DNA from: Octopus vulgaris
Taxonomy: Eukaryota
NCBI GenBank assembly: GCA_951406725.2
Contig: OX597818.1
Span: 27,342,001-27,406,000, forward strand
Direction of reading: 5' to 3'
Length of the DNA: 64,000 bases
Of the stretch, positions 11,293 through 24,754 are shown one piece after another. The number at the start of each line of letters is the position of its first letter. The first letter of the stretch is position 1. The notes beneath the pieces are model-generated. The model worked only from the letters and a program-made list of their open reading frames with translations. It did no database searches and was not told the origin of the DNA. The position numbers and the translations under genes were made by a program.

Positions 11293-13589
11293 AGATAGTT
11301 TTTTAACTTTGTAATCTAACAATTACAACATTAGTTTTCGTTTTACCCATTGATGTTACTTTTAACTATAAATTGTTGATATATGTAAGCAACTTGCTAG
11401 CAGCGTGCATTAATTGCGTATTCATTTAACTTTTCATCTCTTGGACAAGCGGAAAGGGTGATAAAATGAGTCAGATTCTTTGCCAATTATCTGTTTACTG
11501 ACGATTATTGCGTATTTTAAAAATGAAAGCTTTTGTACTAATTGTCCTTGAACTTTGTTCGTTTATCGACTTTATCGTTATTCCTAACAATAACTGGGGT
11601 ATCAGTTTAACGATAAAAGATATATTAATTACAAACTTCAATGTTTTGGAAAGTTTATAGACTGCTTCTAAAATATAACAGCGAAGCAATTAGCTGTTAT
11701 CTGTATGTGATACTTCCTGTATCTTAATCATGCACTGTCCATCCTCCGCGCGCACACACATCTTTGTAGATATACGAATATTTAAAATGAGTTTGAGCTG
11801 CAATATTTGGTTCAAAACGATCATTTATCGATGTCATTCAAATTTTATTTTGGGCAAAATGGATTGAAGCTAAAAACATCGAAGATTCTAGTAATAAAAC
11901 GAAACTAAACAATTAAAACAGTAATTTAATTATACTGCAGCGAAAGTTTTAAATTTCAAATTCGTCAAAATCCTTTCAAATGACGACCTACGGAAATAAT
12001 AATACTGAATAGTGTTTATCAGCAGCAACATCAAGGCAGATGAAACTATCTTTTTAGGCTGTATTGCCAAATACTGACGCAGATTCTGAATTACAAGAGA
12101 TTTAACTTGTATTATATATCCTACCAAATTACTGTAACCCTCTCACCTACTGTACTGAATCTGAAATTCTTCGTTATTTACACACGTACATTGAAAACCT
12201 CCTTGTTAATTTCACATGTGTTCTGGTCCATTATCACTATTTACATCAATTACTTCCGTCGGTCATTATTTGACTAGCTCCTTTTAGATTTTGTTTCTTG
12301 ATTAACTACAGTCTGAAACATAGAACGTTATTTTACTTCCTTACAGCGTGAAATTAACTTGCACGTTTTCTTTTCGTTCTCGATACAATTTTAGATCTAT
12401 TACCATAGACTGAGGACTCTATCTCGGGACTGAACTTGAATTATACTACTACAAATTTCTGTGATCTTACCTCTTCTACTGAAGCTATATTCCCTCCGAA
12501 GTTAACATTTGCCCGTACTGTTGGTTAAAACAGATTAAATTATGTATAGATCATAGTAGCCACAAGTCTATTTGTCTTTCACAAAATAATTTTCAAATTA
12601 TAGTTTTTCTTGAAAGCGAGCTATCAGTCCTGAAACTCTAACCGAAAGATAACTGAAAACTAATCTTTTAACTTCTTGGGTATTACTTTTGACTAACGAA
12701 CTAGATACATGAACAAATTATAGGTCTAATTTGAAAATGTATCTGCTCATAATCTATTTTTAGATAGTGTAAATAAGCATTTATAACGGCCATTACTATC
12801 TCTAGAATTATCTATTGCTAACAACTTAATTTAATACGAGTTTTCATTTGAACTTATGCAATTGATCCTTCGCTATGTTAATTTATTACTTACGTTACGG
12901 TCTTAATCTGAAGTTAAGACCACATGAATATTGTGAAGAAATAACTACCCATTTTCAGAATTCATATACTGCTAATCAAACATTACTGCAATAATAGTTT
13001 ATCGAAAAACAAGGGTCTACTTCTGCACACCATCAACTGGATAGTGTTCTAAGGAGGAATATGTACATCTTCATATACTAAGTTTCTTGTTTCTTTCTGT
13101 ATTTAAGCTTAGTTTTATTTATCTGAATGTCATACAATGCTGTAAATTGCTCTTGTTATTTTTCCATCGCTGTTTTTGCATTAGTAAGTTAGTGTCCTTC
13201 GAACATAATGTTCTTCATTACCATTACAACTTATGTAAAAATGTTTTCCAGCATTGACACATGAAATCAACTTAAGTGCTAGACTAGTACTAATTTATTC
13301 GGACGAACAAGATTCCGAATGTAAAGTGTTTATTTTGCCATTCACTGCCCTAGTCGTAGCTAGTGGATATTTTGATGTTTAATGTTACCGTGTATATGTT
13401 CCACCATAAACACTTTTATCGTAAAATCAAGTTACTGATTTACTAATGGTAACAATGCATTAATTAACTCATACACAATACTTCAAGGAACTTGTAATAA
13501 AGAACAAAGAAATACAGTTGTTGAAATGTGGTCATAATGAGACACCATCTCCAAGGGTTTAGTAGTGTATCGACCTCAGTACTTACTCC

Positions 13590-13790
13590 AGTATGGTACT
13601 ATATAAATCTCTGAACCACTGTGACGGGACACGATCTAAACACCAATTTTTTCTTTTATATACATACAGTTTCTGTCTCACAAGTTCTGCTGACAATGTC
13701 CACCCAAGGCGATAGTAAAGGGCACTTAGTGTAGTTGACGGGTAGTGTGACTGCCCTGGAAGCAAACTTCTTGGATGCAAGCTTGAGTAT
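13590..13790 (-). mobile_element. Highly diverged SINE (23957 family)
   Basis: cagtttctgtct...cacccaaggcgatagtaaagggcactt resembles the family body. Confidence 0.5.
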
Positions 13791-14679
13791 GTGATTAGTT
13801 TACATGAAATTCAAACATCCTTAACTGCATTGGAAAGATAAGTAGCACTTAAACACGATCAACGAACATTTAAGCATCTCCAAGTGGAAACTAAACGAAA
13901 GTAAAGGATAGAAGCCTAATATTCTTCCGTTCCGTATCTGAGGCGCCATAACAAGTATAATACTCATAATAGTAACACTATGTTAACCAACCTTAATATC
14001 AAGTGGTCATCTCGCCTATTCAATTTTGAATATTTAGTGTATTTACTACAATAGTTCCGGCTCTTCTGAATTAGCAGGCTGTACCGATCCCACATAATGT
14101 ACCTTTTCTTCGCTTTTAGTCTGTCTCACTTCATAATATACCCTTCACCTAGATCAGTAACATTCAATTTCTATCTCTGCACAATGTCCCTCAACACAAT
14201 TTGAAATTATGGACTTCACCAGTTTTGGTACCATTCAAAGGCTATTAAACTAAATAATATGACATTTATAGTAAAGTATATATAAACTTTATGCCTAAGG
14301 AATAATAATAATCCTTTCTACTAAAGGCACAGGGCCTGAAATTTTGTAGGGAGGAGACTAGTCGATTACATCGACTCCGAAAAGATGAAAAGCAAAGTTG
14401 ACATCGGCGTAATAATAATAGTAATGATAATTTTTTCTTTTATATACATACAGTAATGGTGATAATAATAATAATTTGGCCAAAATGACGTCAGATCAGA
14501 GGAAATATTAACATTGACAAATAGTAAAAAATGAAAATAATAATATCAGTGATAATAATAATAATAATGAAAGGAAGCGGTTGGAATCTCCCTATATTCT
14601 GATTGATAATACATCTAGTGATAGTGTCACAATAAAAACACTGGTAATTGCACAACCTGATAATCACTCTCTCATATGA

Positions 14680-15010
14680 GTGACAATGAACAAACAAACT
14701 ATTGTGAATAACGGTGGAAATGAAACTGAAGCCCTTGATAGTGACATTGTTGCACTCGGCAGGCTCATAGATACTGGTCCGACTTCAGCCTGTTGTTATC
14801 CAGCCAGGGACCGGCACACACGACGTAGATGGAATGAACAAGTCAATGCTGTGGTCATAGAGTGTTACTCTCTGACCAACCCTGTATACGAAAATGGTGT
14901 TCATATTAGGGGATACCGACAATGAATGTATGATCAAAGGAGAGAAAGAAGATTGTTTTAACTCACTGAACAGAAATTATGTGATCAAGCTAGAGCGATA
15001 AGAAAAAAGT
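14680..15010 (+). mobile_element. 5' fragment of R4/Dong-like non-LTR retrotransposon
   Basis: RRRWNEQVNAVVIECYSLTNP...RGYRQ*MYD...LTEQKLCDQARAIRKK resembles the R4/Dong N-terminus; preceded by (TAA)n tracts. Confidence 0.7.
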
Positions 15011-15029
15011 CGTTGGGGTATTTCTTCCA

Positions 15030-15190
15030 ACTGTTTTCTTTCTGAGTTAAAATTCCGCTGAAATCAATTTTGCCTTCCATCTTTTCGGAGTCAATAAAAT
15101 ACAGTATCAATAAAATACTAGGGTTGATGTAATCGACTCGCATCTTTCCTCAAAACTGCGTGCTTTGAGTCAAAATTAGAAAGAATTATT
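15030..15190 (+). mobile_element. Diverged Nin-domain SINE
   Basis: ttgccttccatcttttcggagtcaataaaat...gggttgatgtaatcgact matches the 23228 family. Confidence 0.65.
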
Positions 15191-17567
15191 AAAGTGGGAA
15201 TAGACAAAAATTTCACTTTTTGTGGGGTTCTGGTCAGTTAGAAAATCCTTGTACTGGAATATACATTACTATCATAACGCTATGAATGCCTGTACGCACG
15301 TGTGCACGCTCTGTTTCGTATAAATATTTTCAAATAGAAATAGCAAACGAAAAAGTATCATGATGTAGATCTATAGCAAACAACTATAAGACGCAGTAGA
15401 TCTGTAAATTGAAATCACAAGGCCTGTTTCTAATACATTGAAAGCAGAATGCATTATGATAGCAACTAATGGTCAAAGGCTATAAACTAGGTACAACCCA
15501 ATCAATGTGCTAAAAGACACTTGAAGAAAAGCTTTGAGAGTTCACAGTAATTACCCCAAATGGGATATCCTTTGGTAATCTGACATTCATCGTTTACGAT
15601 GTGTACCATGATAATGATGGCGATGACGACATATTGAAATAAAAGTAGATTATGATTGTTGTTTCTCTGAATGTCTGTTCTGTTCACCAACTGATGTAAA
15701 TGTATTAACGAGCTGAATATTTTGACTAAGCAGTAGCATGTACTTAAAACTAGATAAGGTTGAATTCTTTCGTGCATGAAGATGAGAATTTAAGTAAACT
15801 AGAAGATTTAAGGTTCATGAAGTGAAGTGATCTCACTAACTTTTTTAATACGATACTCATCAGAAAACTGTATGTTGACCTTAAGGTCACACTGATTTAT
15901 AAGTTTTTCACATCGTAATATTGCATTCAAAAATAGGATTCATTTGCTTTTTTAGAAGATAAGTAGAATAGGAGCCAAAGCACAGTTTTCAACTATAGCG
16001 CTCATCTTTTACGAATTTGTTGTGAGAAGAGCTGAAAATGATTTACTCAGTTATATTGTTACTGATGCTAAGTCGCAGGTCGGTCCTGACTGAGAGCTAT
16101 GACCAAAAGTATTCCAGCAACAACCATCCCATTTGTTTTCAGATATGATTGTTATGACTTAGATATCACTTTTAAGACGATAAAGTATTATTTAAGAGAA
16201 ATATGACTATTATTTCTTGCAAGACAAACGATTATTACATAGAAGGTCTTTTGTTGGTTCAAATTACATTTGTATTGTTAAGTGATGTTTTATGGAATTT
16301 TATTCAGGCGATTTAGTTATGATTTCCCAGCTCTATAATAATTGTCTGGCTTAGACTTAAGAGAATAATAGGTAAAATAGTTTCAAGTAAAGGTTACGTG
16401 CATTTGATAAGACGAATAACGGTCGAAACAATGGTATTTCCTGACTCACACAATTCTTATAGCCAATGTTTTCAGTGCCTACACAATATCTTACTGTGCT
16501 TGGTATAAAAGACTTACAATTAGTCGGCTGGGCAATGTGGTAGACATTCAGCAACCGAGTTGACATCGTGTATCTCGGCATTGATACTTTATTTTGTCTC
16601 TGTCAAAATACCTTAACTTTCATCAGCCCTTGCTATATGGCTGTAAATCAGTCCATAGTATGTACCCGTTGTCACTGGAAGCTACGAAAGACTGACGCAT
16701 TCATAACTCTTGTTAAGAGGGAGACTCCGCCCATAGATCATACTTCAACATTTTAGAAAAGTCCCACTGAATAATGTAGGGTTCTCTGCACACACGGTTG
16801 GAATACCTTTAATCATATTTCTGATCGATCACAGTTAGCCTGGGGTAATAAACAACCCCAGCAACTATAACCACAACAAGTGAAAGAACTGAACAACACG
16901 TGGTTCTTAGCTTGATATAAAAAGCAAAACACCCGCTCGCATTCTCTTAAAAAGGGCGCTCTTACCATAAAATGTTAAGTTCAGCATTGCCAGCTAACTA
17001 AACACTCGTCAACATTGCTTCTCTTTACAGTCGAACAATATCACCACTTAGTACACTTAGTGATATGACGTGCGTGTACACGTCGGATGAAAGAATAGTA
17101 TTACCCAAATAAATATTTGGATATGGTTATCTAGAATAATCTATCATAGAATTATTATGTTCACACCGAATGCACTCCGTACTACTCCAACGTAGTTACG
17201 ATATTAAACTAACACAATAACCAATGCGGACGATCAACGCTGTCAACTGCCACTGACACGTGACATTCTCTTACTAGGATCGACACACGGTCTCAACTCC
17301 TAGATTCCATTCTGAGCAATTATCCTTGACGTCAACTTAGAGAACATCGAAGTGAACAGCAGCTACATCGATGTTATTAGTTTGGAAAGTCGAGTAAGTT
17401 TATGGATGCTACTCTTCTTCTTTTGACTAACTTTTATGAAAAAAAAAAAAACAACAAAAGAGCAAACAAAGTCTTAACTACTTGCACAGCTCAACATTAA
17501 TTAGTATTTGTTGCTTGATGCATTACCGACCTACTTTCTGTATCTCCAAGAGCGAGAGGGAAAGGCA

Positions 17568-17653
<86 letters not shown>

Positions 17654-17799
17654 ATAGAATGTGGAAGAAAGTGGAAACGTTGGATTTTTAAATACCAACG
17701 TTGATGGAATATGTAGATAACGTTTATATAATACATGTTAATAGCTGAACAAAAGGCCATAGTTGATCGTCGATCTTTTAAATTTATTTGTAAGTGCTT

Positions 17800-18740
17800 G
17801 CAAGTCTTCCTTCTTATAGGTGATGATGGTGTAATTGTCGGTGTAAAGTAATTTGCGAGCAGTGATTATATCAATTTTTGTTTTTGCTTTCAGTCATCTG
17901 ATGTTAAACAGCCAAGCGCCCGTGTGGCTTGTAAAATTGATGCTTTTTGAGCATTCCTGAAAGTTTCTTTAAGTATGGCACTAAAAAAGGATGGGTGTTA
18001 AGACACCTCCCTATTCATACCTATATTTGTTTGGAAACGATTAGTGATAAGTTGGTTCAGTGAGATGGTACCCGTTACACCATTATATAGCAGTGTAGTT
18101 AGCTTAACGAGCTTTGCAGGTATACAACTCGCAGTATAGTATGCTGTAGGGTCGAAGGTTTTAAGGCCGACAAAAATATCATAGAGTAATATGTTTGTTC
18201 TTGACATTTCTCTTGTCTCGTTTCAGAGTGATGACCATTGTACCTCATTTAGCTTGAAAGCCACGTGGCGATTCAGACAAAATAAAAATTAAATGTCTGA
18301 AAAGTATGATTCTGTTGAGTATAATCCCAGTTGCAGATAGTAGAGCTATTCCATGGTAGTTTTGAAGTGAGATCTCTTTTTCTTTTTGAGTCGTATATTG
18401 ATACTCAATCTTTGAAATCCTGAGGTATAATTTCTTCACTCCATATATATAACCTCCTAAGTATTTGTAATTTTCGCTGGTTTGCAATACGATTACGACG
18501 GTAATCATATTGCAAACCACTGAATATTACAAATACTTAGGATGTTACATCTCAATATTAGAAACATGGCGACAAAAGTAGAGCTGAGGTATGTGGGCTA
18601 CTTTGTTCATATGTCTGATACCCGTCTTCCTAAAGCAGTTTTTAATTCAGAACAGCAAACAAAAGCTTACGTTAGCGAAGCTAAAAAAAAAAAAAGCAAT
18701 ACAGCTAGTTGCTGAAACGGTACTAAGCGGTACAACTGGT
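17800..18740. mobile_element. Rearranged, degenerate RTE-like LINE fragments in opposite orientations
   Basis: Minus strand: NYHGIALLSATG..SESPRGFQ and IPAKLVKLTTLLY (RT domains). Plus strand: YKYLGCYIS and LRYVGYFVHMSDTRLPKAVF. Confidence 0.65.
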
Positions 18741-19742
18741 CATAGAACGCATTAGTTGGCGCTCAGCCGTATTCAAATGATAAAAAATAAAAACCCCAAA
18801 ACATACAAGTACACCAGCTACAAGAAACGGAATGATGAAACTCGTTCCAAAAATCCAGCAACAACCCTTTACGATCCGGTTTGCATATATGTACTTCCGG
18901 ATGGCAGTAACGAGAGGATCATCGTTGCCAATGGCGGACAGCTAAGAAAATACAAGTTATTATTAAGGGGAACACCAAACTGTAAATTATTGTTATGTAT
19001 ATAATGTTTAGGATGAAGGATGACGGAGAGGACAGTGATGAATTGTTTGAAAGATGAAAAGAAGTATGCAGTAGGTACTTTCTTAACATAATGGTTCAGT
19101 TCTGCTAAGAGATAGAAATGTACAATTTAGACATCGGCAACAAAAAACTTGACAAATATTCAAAATATCGTTCAGCAAATTGCATTATAGGAAAACTCCC
19201 GAGACTCTATCTCGCGAATGATTTTAGTTAATTTCAATTTCAACTTGTGAATGCAAAGAAAAATTATGCTTCTGAATTATGTATTTGATTAGATTAAGAA
19301 ACAGATTGATGGTGTTTTGTTAATTCCAAATAGATGGACTTCTGTCACTGACTGTCGAATCATAAAATAATTAGAGATCATCTACGTGGCCATATCTCTC
19401 AAATATTACAATCAAACATAAAATAAGGCAAGGATGTTCACAGCTATAATTCTAATGATCATAGGTCTGATGGATCAAGGGGGACACATTGTGAAACAAC
19501 GGAACGGATATGTGTACTGGTTGGGTCTTCATTGTCGCTGTGGTCTTTGGTGGAAGATTTTAATGGATTAAGTTGGTTGCGTGTGTTGTAAACAGAAATA
19601 GAACTTGCAAATATTTTACAATACGTTTATTTAAGGGAAGGCTGAACGCACGTGCGCACACATCCATTCATCTATCCATATATATATATATATGTACACA
19701 CATATGATTACATACTTATATACACACATATGCATGTATGTT

Positions 19743-19786
<44 letters not shown>

Positions 19787-19788
<2 letters not shown>

Positions 19789-20010
19789 TAATGTCTAATG
19801 GCACTTTAATATGGCTGTCCGTAGGAACCAACGTTGCTACCGTTTTTAACCCTAGGAAGAGCCTCCTCCAACTGGTTATCGATGCAATCCACACCCAATC
19901 TATATTGCAAGTAGAGGAGCGAACCCCTACCATCTTATAGCAGATGACGGGATCACCAGACAGTGTGGTTTCGAGCCATAATATTCATCCTCAGTAGTGG
20001 TGAACACCCA
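19787..20010 (-). mobile_element. Penelope-like pLTR fragment with hammerhead-like motif beside (TA)n
   Basis: Minus strand 19999-19954: CACTA-CTGAGGA-T-GAATATTATGGCTC-GAAAC-CACACT-GTC-TGGTG. Confidence 0.5.
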
Positions 20011-21229
20011 TCTGCCAGAATTAGCAGTATTTCGCTCCAGCTCACAATATATAGAAAAATAAGTGACAACAAGTTACTGATCTTGCAACAAGCAAAGCAG
20101 CTAGTTAGAAAATCTTTATAAAAGATGAAAGTTGAAACTATATTGCTAGAAGATGGCCTTTGCAGAGAAGTGAGATACATGCTCCTTGATCGCTTCCAAC
20201 GTCTGCTAATGATCCTCGCGGGCTTTACTTTTCACATGGGAAAAGCGCACGAAACTCAAGTACATTCACTATTCTTCTAATTTTGTGGCGTGTTCTCCTG
20301 CAATCTGATTTGTCGATAAATAAAGTGTACATGTGAAAATTACATGTTTCAATTGTGGTTCACTAATAGCACTAATCTGGTAATTTAGAAAAAGGGGTTC
20401 GAATCCTAGGATTCGTTACACGACAATAACAACTACCAAGTTTTTACAATTTCTGGGAATAGTATTTTCTTAATTTCGGCTCAAGTTAAGCAGTAAACAA
20501 AGTGAACAAAGTTTGCTGATACTATTGATGTATACTCGAAATTCCAATATGTGTTAAAATAGAAGGAAGCACTTACATATGATTACTTCAATGCTATCCT
20601 ATATGATTCTATAAAGTTATAATTAGTAAGAGAAATAAAGCAGAATCTTATGTAATAACTCAACAGAAAGAATAAATTTATTACAAAGGAAGAACATTAG
20701 AATATCAGTACATAAAGATATACTACCCACTGGGTAAAGTAAAAGCTGTGGGTCGACAAATCAGTTAACTATCGCCAGCAGATATGGAACATTAGATAGG
20801 AGGTATTTATAACAGAAACTGAGAACTTCAAACAATATAAGACGGAGGAATTATCTAGACACTTAAAACGAGTGAAAACGAAACATGCAGAGAGCAGTAC
20901 ATCTAATTATAGACATATAAGAAAAATATTTCATTGTGAAAGATAGGGATGATGGGAATAGTTCAATTACCTCTTAAAATTAAACACCTCTGTCGCTTAT
21001 ATTATGTAGAATATGAATTTAAATAATACAAAATTTACTAGTTATTGATTAAACCTTGCACACATCTTTAAATTTTGTTCATGAGTTTTGCTATAAAATC
21101 GTTCATACATTTAATATCAAGTGAATGTTTACGATAGAGATCTAAGGCATTCTACAGGATACGACAAAGTTGTTATACATAATCACAGATCACGTGGAAT
21201 TGCAAATTAACTAAATTAATTTTTTTCTC

Positions 21230-21435
21230 TAGCTGTGAGCTGGCAGATTCGTGAGCGGGCAAAATGCTTAGCGGCATTTCGTCTGTTTTTCCGTTTTGGG
21301 TTCAAATTCTGTCGAGGTCGACTTTGCCTTTCATCCTTTCGGGATTGATAAAATAAGCACCGGTTGAGCATTGGAGTCGATGTAATCCACTTACCCCTTC
21401 CCCGGACTTGATAGCCTTGTGCCAAAATTTGAAAT
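21230..21435 (+). mobile_element. Nin-domain SINE
   Basis: gagctggcag... head and gcctttcatcctttcgggattgataaaataag Nin-like core. Confidence 0.8.
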
Positions 21436-23227
21436 CAATATTATTTTATTTGTATGTTCCAATTTGAAATCTTCTTGGGTAACTTTGTATCTAATCCCTC
21501 GGAGCTGATAAAATAAATACCAGTTATGGCTGCCTCGGTGAATTCTATCGACTCTATCTTTGCCATTACAAATTTACAGCAGTCTTGTACCAGCGGAAGA
21601 AATCCTAATTCGCTGATGCCACTTTTTTTATTGATATTTTCATTCTAATTTCATAGAATATTTTCACTCCCACTTGATTTTTTTCCCCTCAATTTTCTAA
21701 TTCTTCCACATTTTCAGAACATCCAGTTGTGCTAATCATTTTTGACCTTCGTCGGTACATACTGTGTAACATCATTTGTCCAGTTTGTGGAAGGGGAAAA
21801 TCCGTATTCCAATTATAAACAATCATGGTTAGTAGTAGAGTGAAAATCAACAGAAAGATCAGTTAATAAGATAATTACTTTGCATTTGTTGTCAACAGCA
21901 ACTATTAAACTGTTCACAATTTTTGTGAACGTATTTTCCAGTTACGTGATGCTTCTCAAAATTGTATTATGAACAGTCAAATGAATTTAGGTCAGTAAAA
22001 TTATGTATACTTCTCGAATATACAACTAGCAGTAATTTGTTTATTTAACTGCAATAAAACTAATTGTTTAAATGATTTAATTATGCAGGATAGATAGCAA
22101 AAGAGGGAAAAATATATAATTGGGAACGATATTATTGACAAGGACACATTTTTTGAGAAGTAGTCGCATCAATTTATAAGTGTCAGAATTCATTGGAAAC
22201 TGATTTCTCTGAATCAAATCAACTAATATCAATACTATCATTAATACATTTATTGATATTTCCTTTTCGTCCATTTCAAACATGGTAACCGCATATATCA
22301 AAATAAAAAGCAAATGACTTTTTAGGTGGAGTCCAGTTACAATTTTCTTCGGGTCGAGTAGTCCATCCCGCTCAAAAAGATGTTTAAGGATGATGAACGA
22401 AACACCCATGCTTCCAAGGGTGAATTATTCAAACCCCAATTAAAGAAACAATTAAAAGAAGGTCCCTCAATTACAATACATAGACAGAAAAACGGGAAAT
22501 GTTGACTACCATATCTCCAGCACAAAGCGAGAAATGTATAAAAGGCATGTGACGTTCAATATGGCATGTGAGGAAAGGAAGGAAACATGTGACGGTGGTG
22601 GTTCTGTCTCAATAAAGATATGATAAAAAGAAAAGAAAAAAATTTCCATACATGCTCCCACGAAGAATGTTTATCATCGTTTTTGGGAAGGCGAGTAAGC
22701 AAGGTGATATACAGAAATGTACCACCATAAATATAAAATACTTTATTATGATCTTGCAGATTCATTGAAAAATTTGCTATTTGAGGTTAACTCCTGCCAC
22801 AAGAATTGAGCTGAAATAAAATTAGAGGTATTGTTATGGTCCACACAGGAAAACTTGCAAAAGATATCCAACCTAATTTACTTGGAGAGAAGAGGCCCAA
22901 TAAGAATTGCGGTAGAGGACTTGTGTTAAACTTGTGGTTGCACTAGCCACCAGAGGGCCTTTCTACCCTCAGACAGAGGTTGTAAAACTCCTTGGTGCCA
23001 ATGTCACCACAACAGCAATAACTGTAACAACAAGAACAGCATTAACCAATAACGGCATCAAAAACCCAAACCAGTTACGAAGTAGCGAATGTATTTAAAC
23101 GCTACCAGCATCAGCACCAGTGGTACTATCACTGCGGCCACCTTCGAAACAGAAAGCCTTACAGAAATGCCCTCCTCCAACCAACACCGATACAGCACAA
23201 GCACAAATGACGATAAACGTGCAGGTA

Positions 23228-23627
23228 AAGGCGGCGAGCTGGCAAAATCGTTAGCACGCCGGGCGAAATGCTTGGCGGTATTTCGTCTGCCGCTACGTTC
23301 TGAGTTCAAATTCCGCCGAGGTCTACTTTGCCATTCATCCTTTCGGGGTCGATTAAATAAGTACCAGTTATGCACTGGGGTTAATGTAATCGACTTAATC
23401 CGTTTGTCTGGCCTTGTTTGTCCTCTCTGTGTTTAGCCTTTGTGGGTAGTAAAGAAATAGGTATTTCGTCTATCTTTACGTTCTGAGTTTAAATTCTGCT
23501 GAGGTCGATTCTGCCTTTCATCCTTTCGGGGGTCGATAAATTAAGTACCAGTCGCTCACTGGGGTCGATCTAATCGACTGTCCCCCTCCCACAAAATTTC
23601 GGGCCTTATGCCTTAGGGTAGAAAAGA
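23228..23627 (+). mobile_element. Nin-domain SINE with duplicated core and 15-bp TSD
   Basis: tRNA-like head; two copies of gcctttcatcctttcggggtcgat..aagtaccag; flanked by ATAAACGTGCAGGTA at 23213-23227 and 23628-23642. Confidence 0.9.
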
Positions 23628-23764
23628 ATAAACGTGCAGGTATGCACCAGTATGTCTTCATTCCTCATCTTTTGAGACGTCATCAAATGACAAGAAGGAA
23701 AAGGAGAAAACTCAGAGGAGCAAAGAGAAAAAGGATTATAGATCCTCCTCCTCTTCCGACACCC

Positions 23765-23795
23765 ACACGCACGCACGCACGCACGCACGCACACA

Positions 23796-23843
<48 letters not shown>

Positions 23844-23858
23844 CACACACACGCGCAC
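23765..23858. repeat. (CACG)n microsatellite
   Basis: Direct reading. Confidence 0.95.
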
Positions 23859-23956
23859 AATCGCCAGTGAAGTAGACAGGGATGGGACTAATTACCCTCA
23901 CCATCTAGTAAACCACTAAAGCCACATCGAGAACAATAAAAGTAACCAAATCCACA

Positions 23957-24125
23957 GGCGCAGGAGTGGCTGTGTGGTAAGTAGCTTGTTTACGAACCAC
24001 ATGGTTCCGGGTTCAGTCCCACTGCGTGGCACCTTGGGCAAGTGTCTTCTACTATAGCCTCGGGCCGACCAAAGCCTTGTGAGTGGATTTGGTAGACGGA
24101 AACTGAAAGAAGCCCGTCGTATATA

Positions 24126-24184
<59 letters not shown>

Positions 24185-24340
24185 TGTGTGTGTTTGTTAG
24201 TTTAGTTAGTTAAGTTTTTGTGTCTGTGTTTGTCCCCCTAGCATTGCTTGACAGCCGATGCTGGTGTGTTTATGTCCCCGTTATTTAGCGGTTCGGCAAA
24301 AAGAGACCGATAGAATAAGTACTGGGCTTACAAAAGAATA
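23957..24340 (+). mobile_element. tRNA-derived, CORE-like SINE with internal (TA)n
   Basis: A-box tggctgtgtggt, B-box gggttcagtccc, CORE-like caccttgggcaagtg; at least 6 related copies in the window. Confidence 0.9.
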
Positions 24341-24754
24341 ACCTATTTTCGCGTCAGCCACATTAAGAAAATACGTAAACATAAGAACACTAAAAATACT
24401 AAAAAGTGTCAAAACCCCCCCACCAAAAAACTGTTGAAACATGCAAAAATTAATTCCGTCAATTTCACTGTTGTAAATAGAAACAGCAGTAAATTGATGG
24501 AGTGTCTATCAAAATATCTCAAGGATAAAACTGAAACAAAAGAAGAGCTTTACGGAATTCATCCTCAAAATGCCAAAAATAGACTACAAAGAAAACGCCC
24601 GCAGATTTCTAAACGGATTAAAGCATAAATTCCTTTCCTGTGTCGGAATTTTCCGGAAAAAGTAGACAAAAAAATTCTACTGAAGAAAGGACAAGATTAT
24701 CCGGTTTTCTTGAAAATTAAGGTGTTTGACCTTTTCCTGTTTCATTTTTCCGCA

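Noticed and set aside
11900-13450. Possible ancient TE or exons downstream of the tetraspanin
   Set aside because: No recognisable motif or consistent reading frame found.
23957-24030. tRNA gene
   Set aside because: A/B boxes are present, but the sequence runs into a SINE body found many times in the window.
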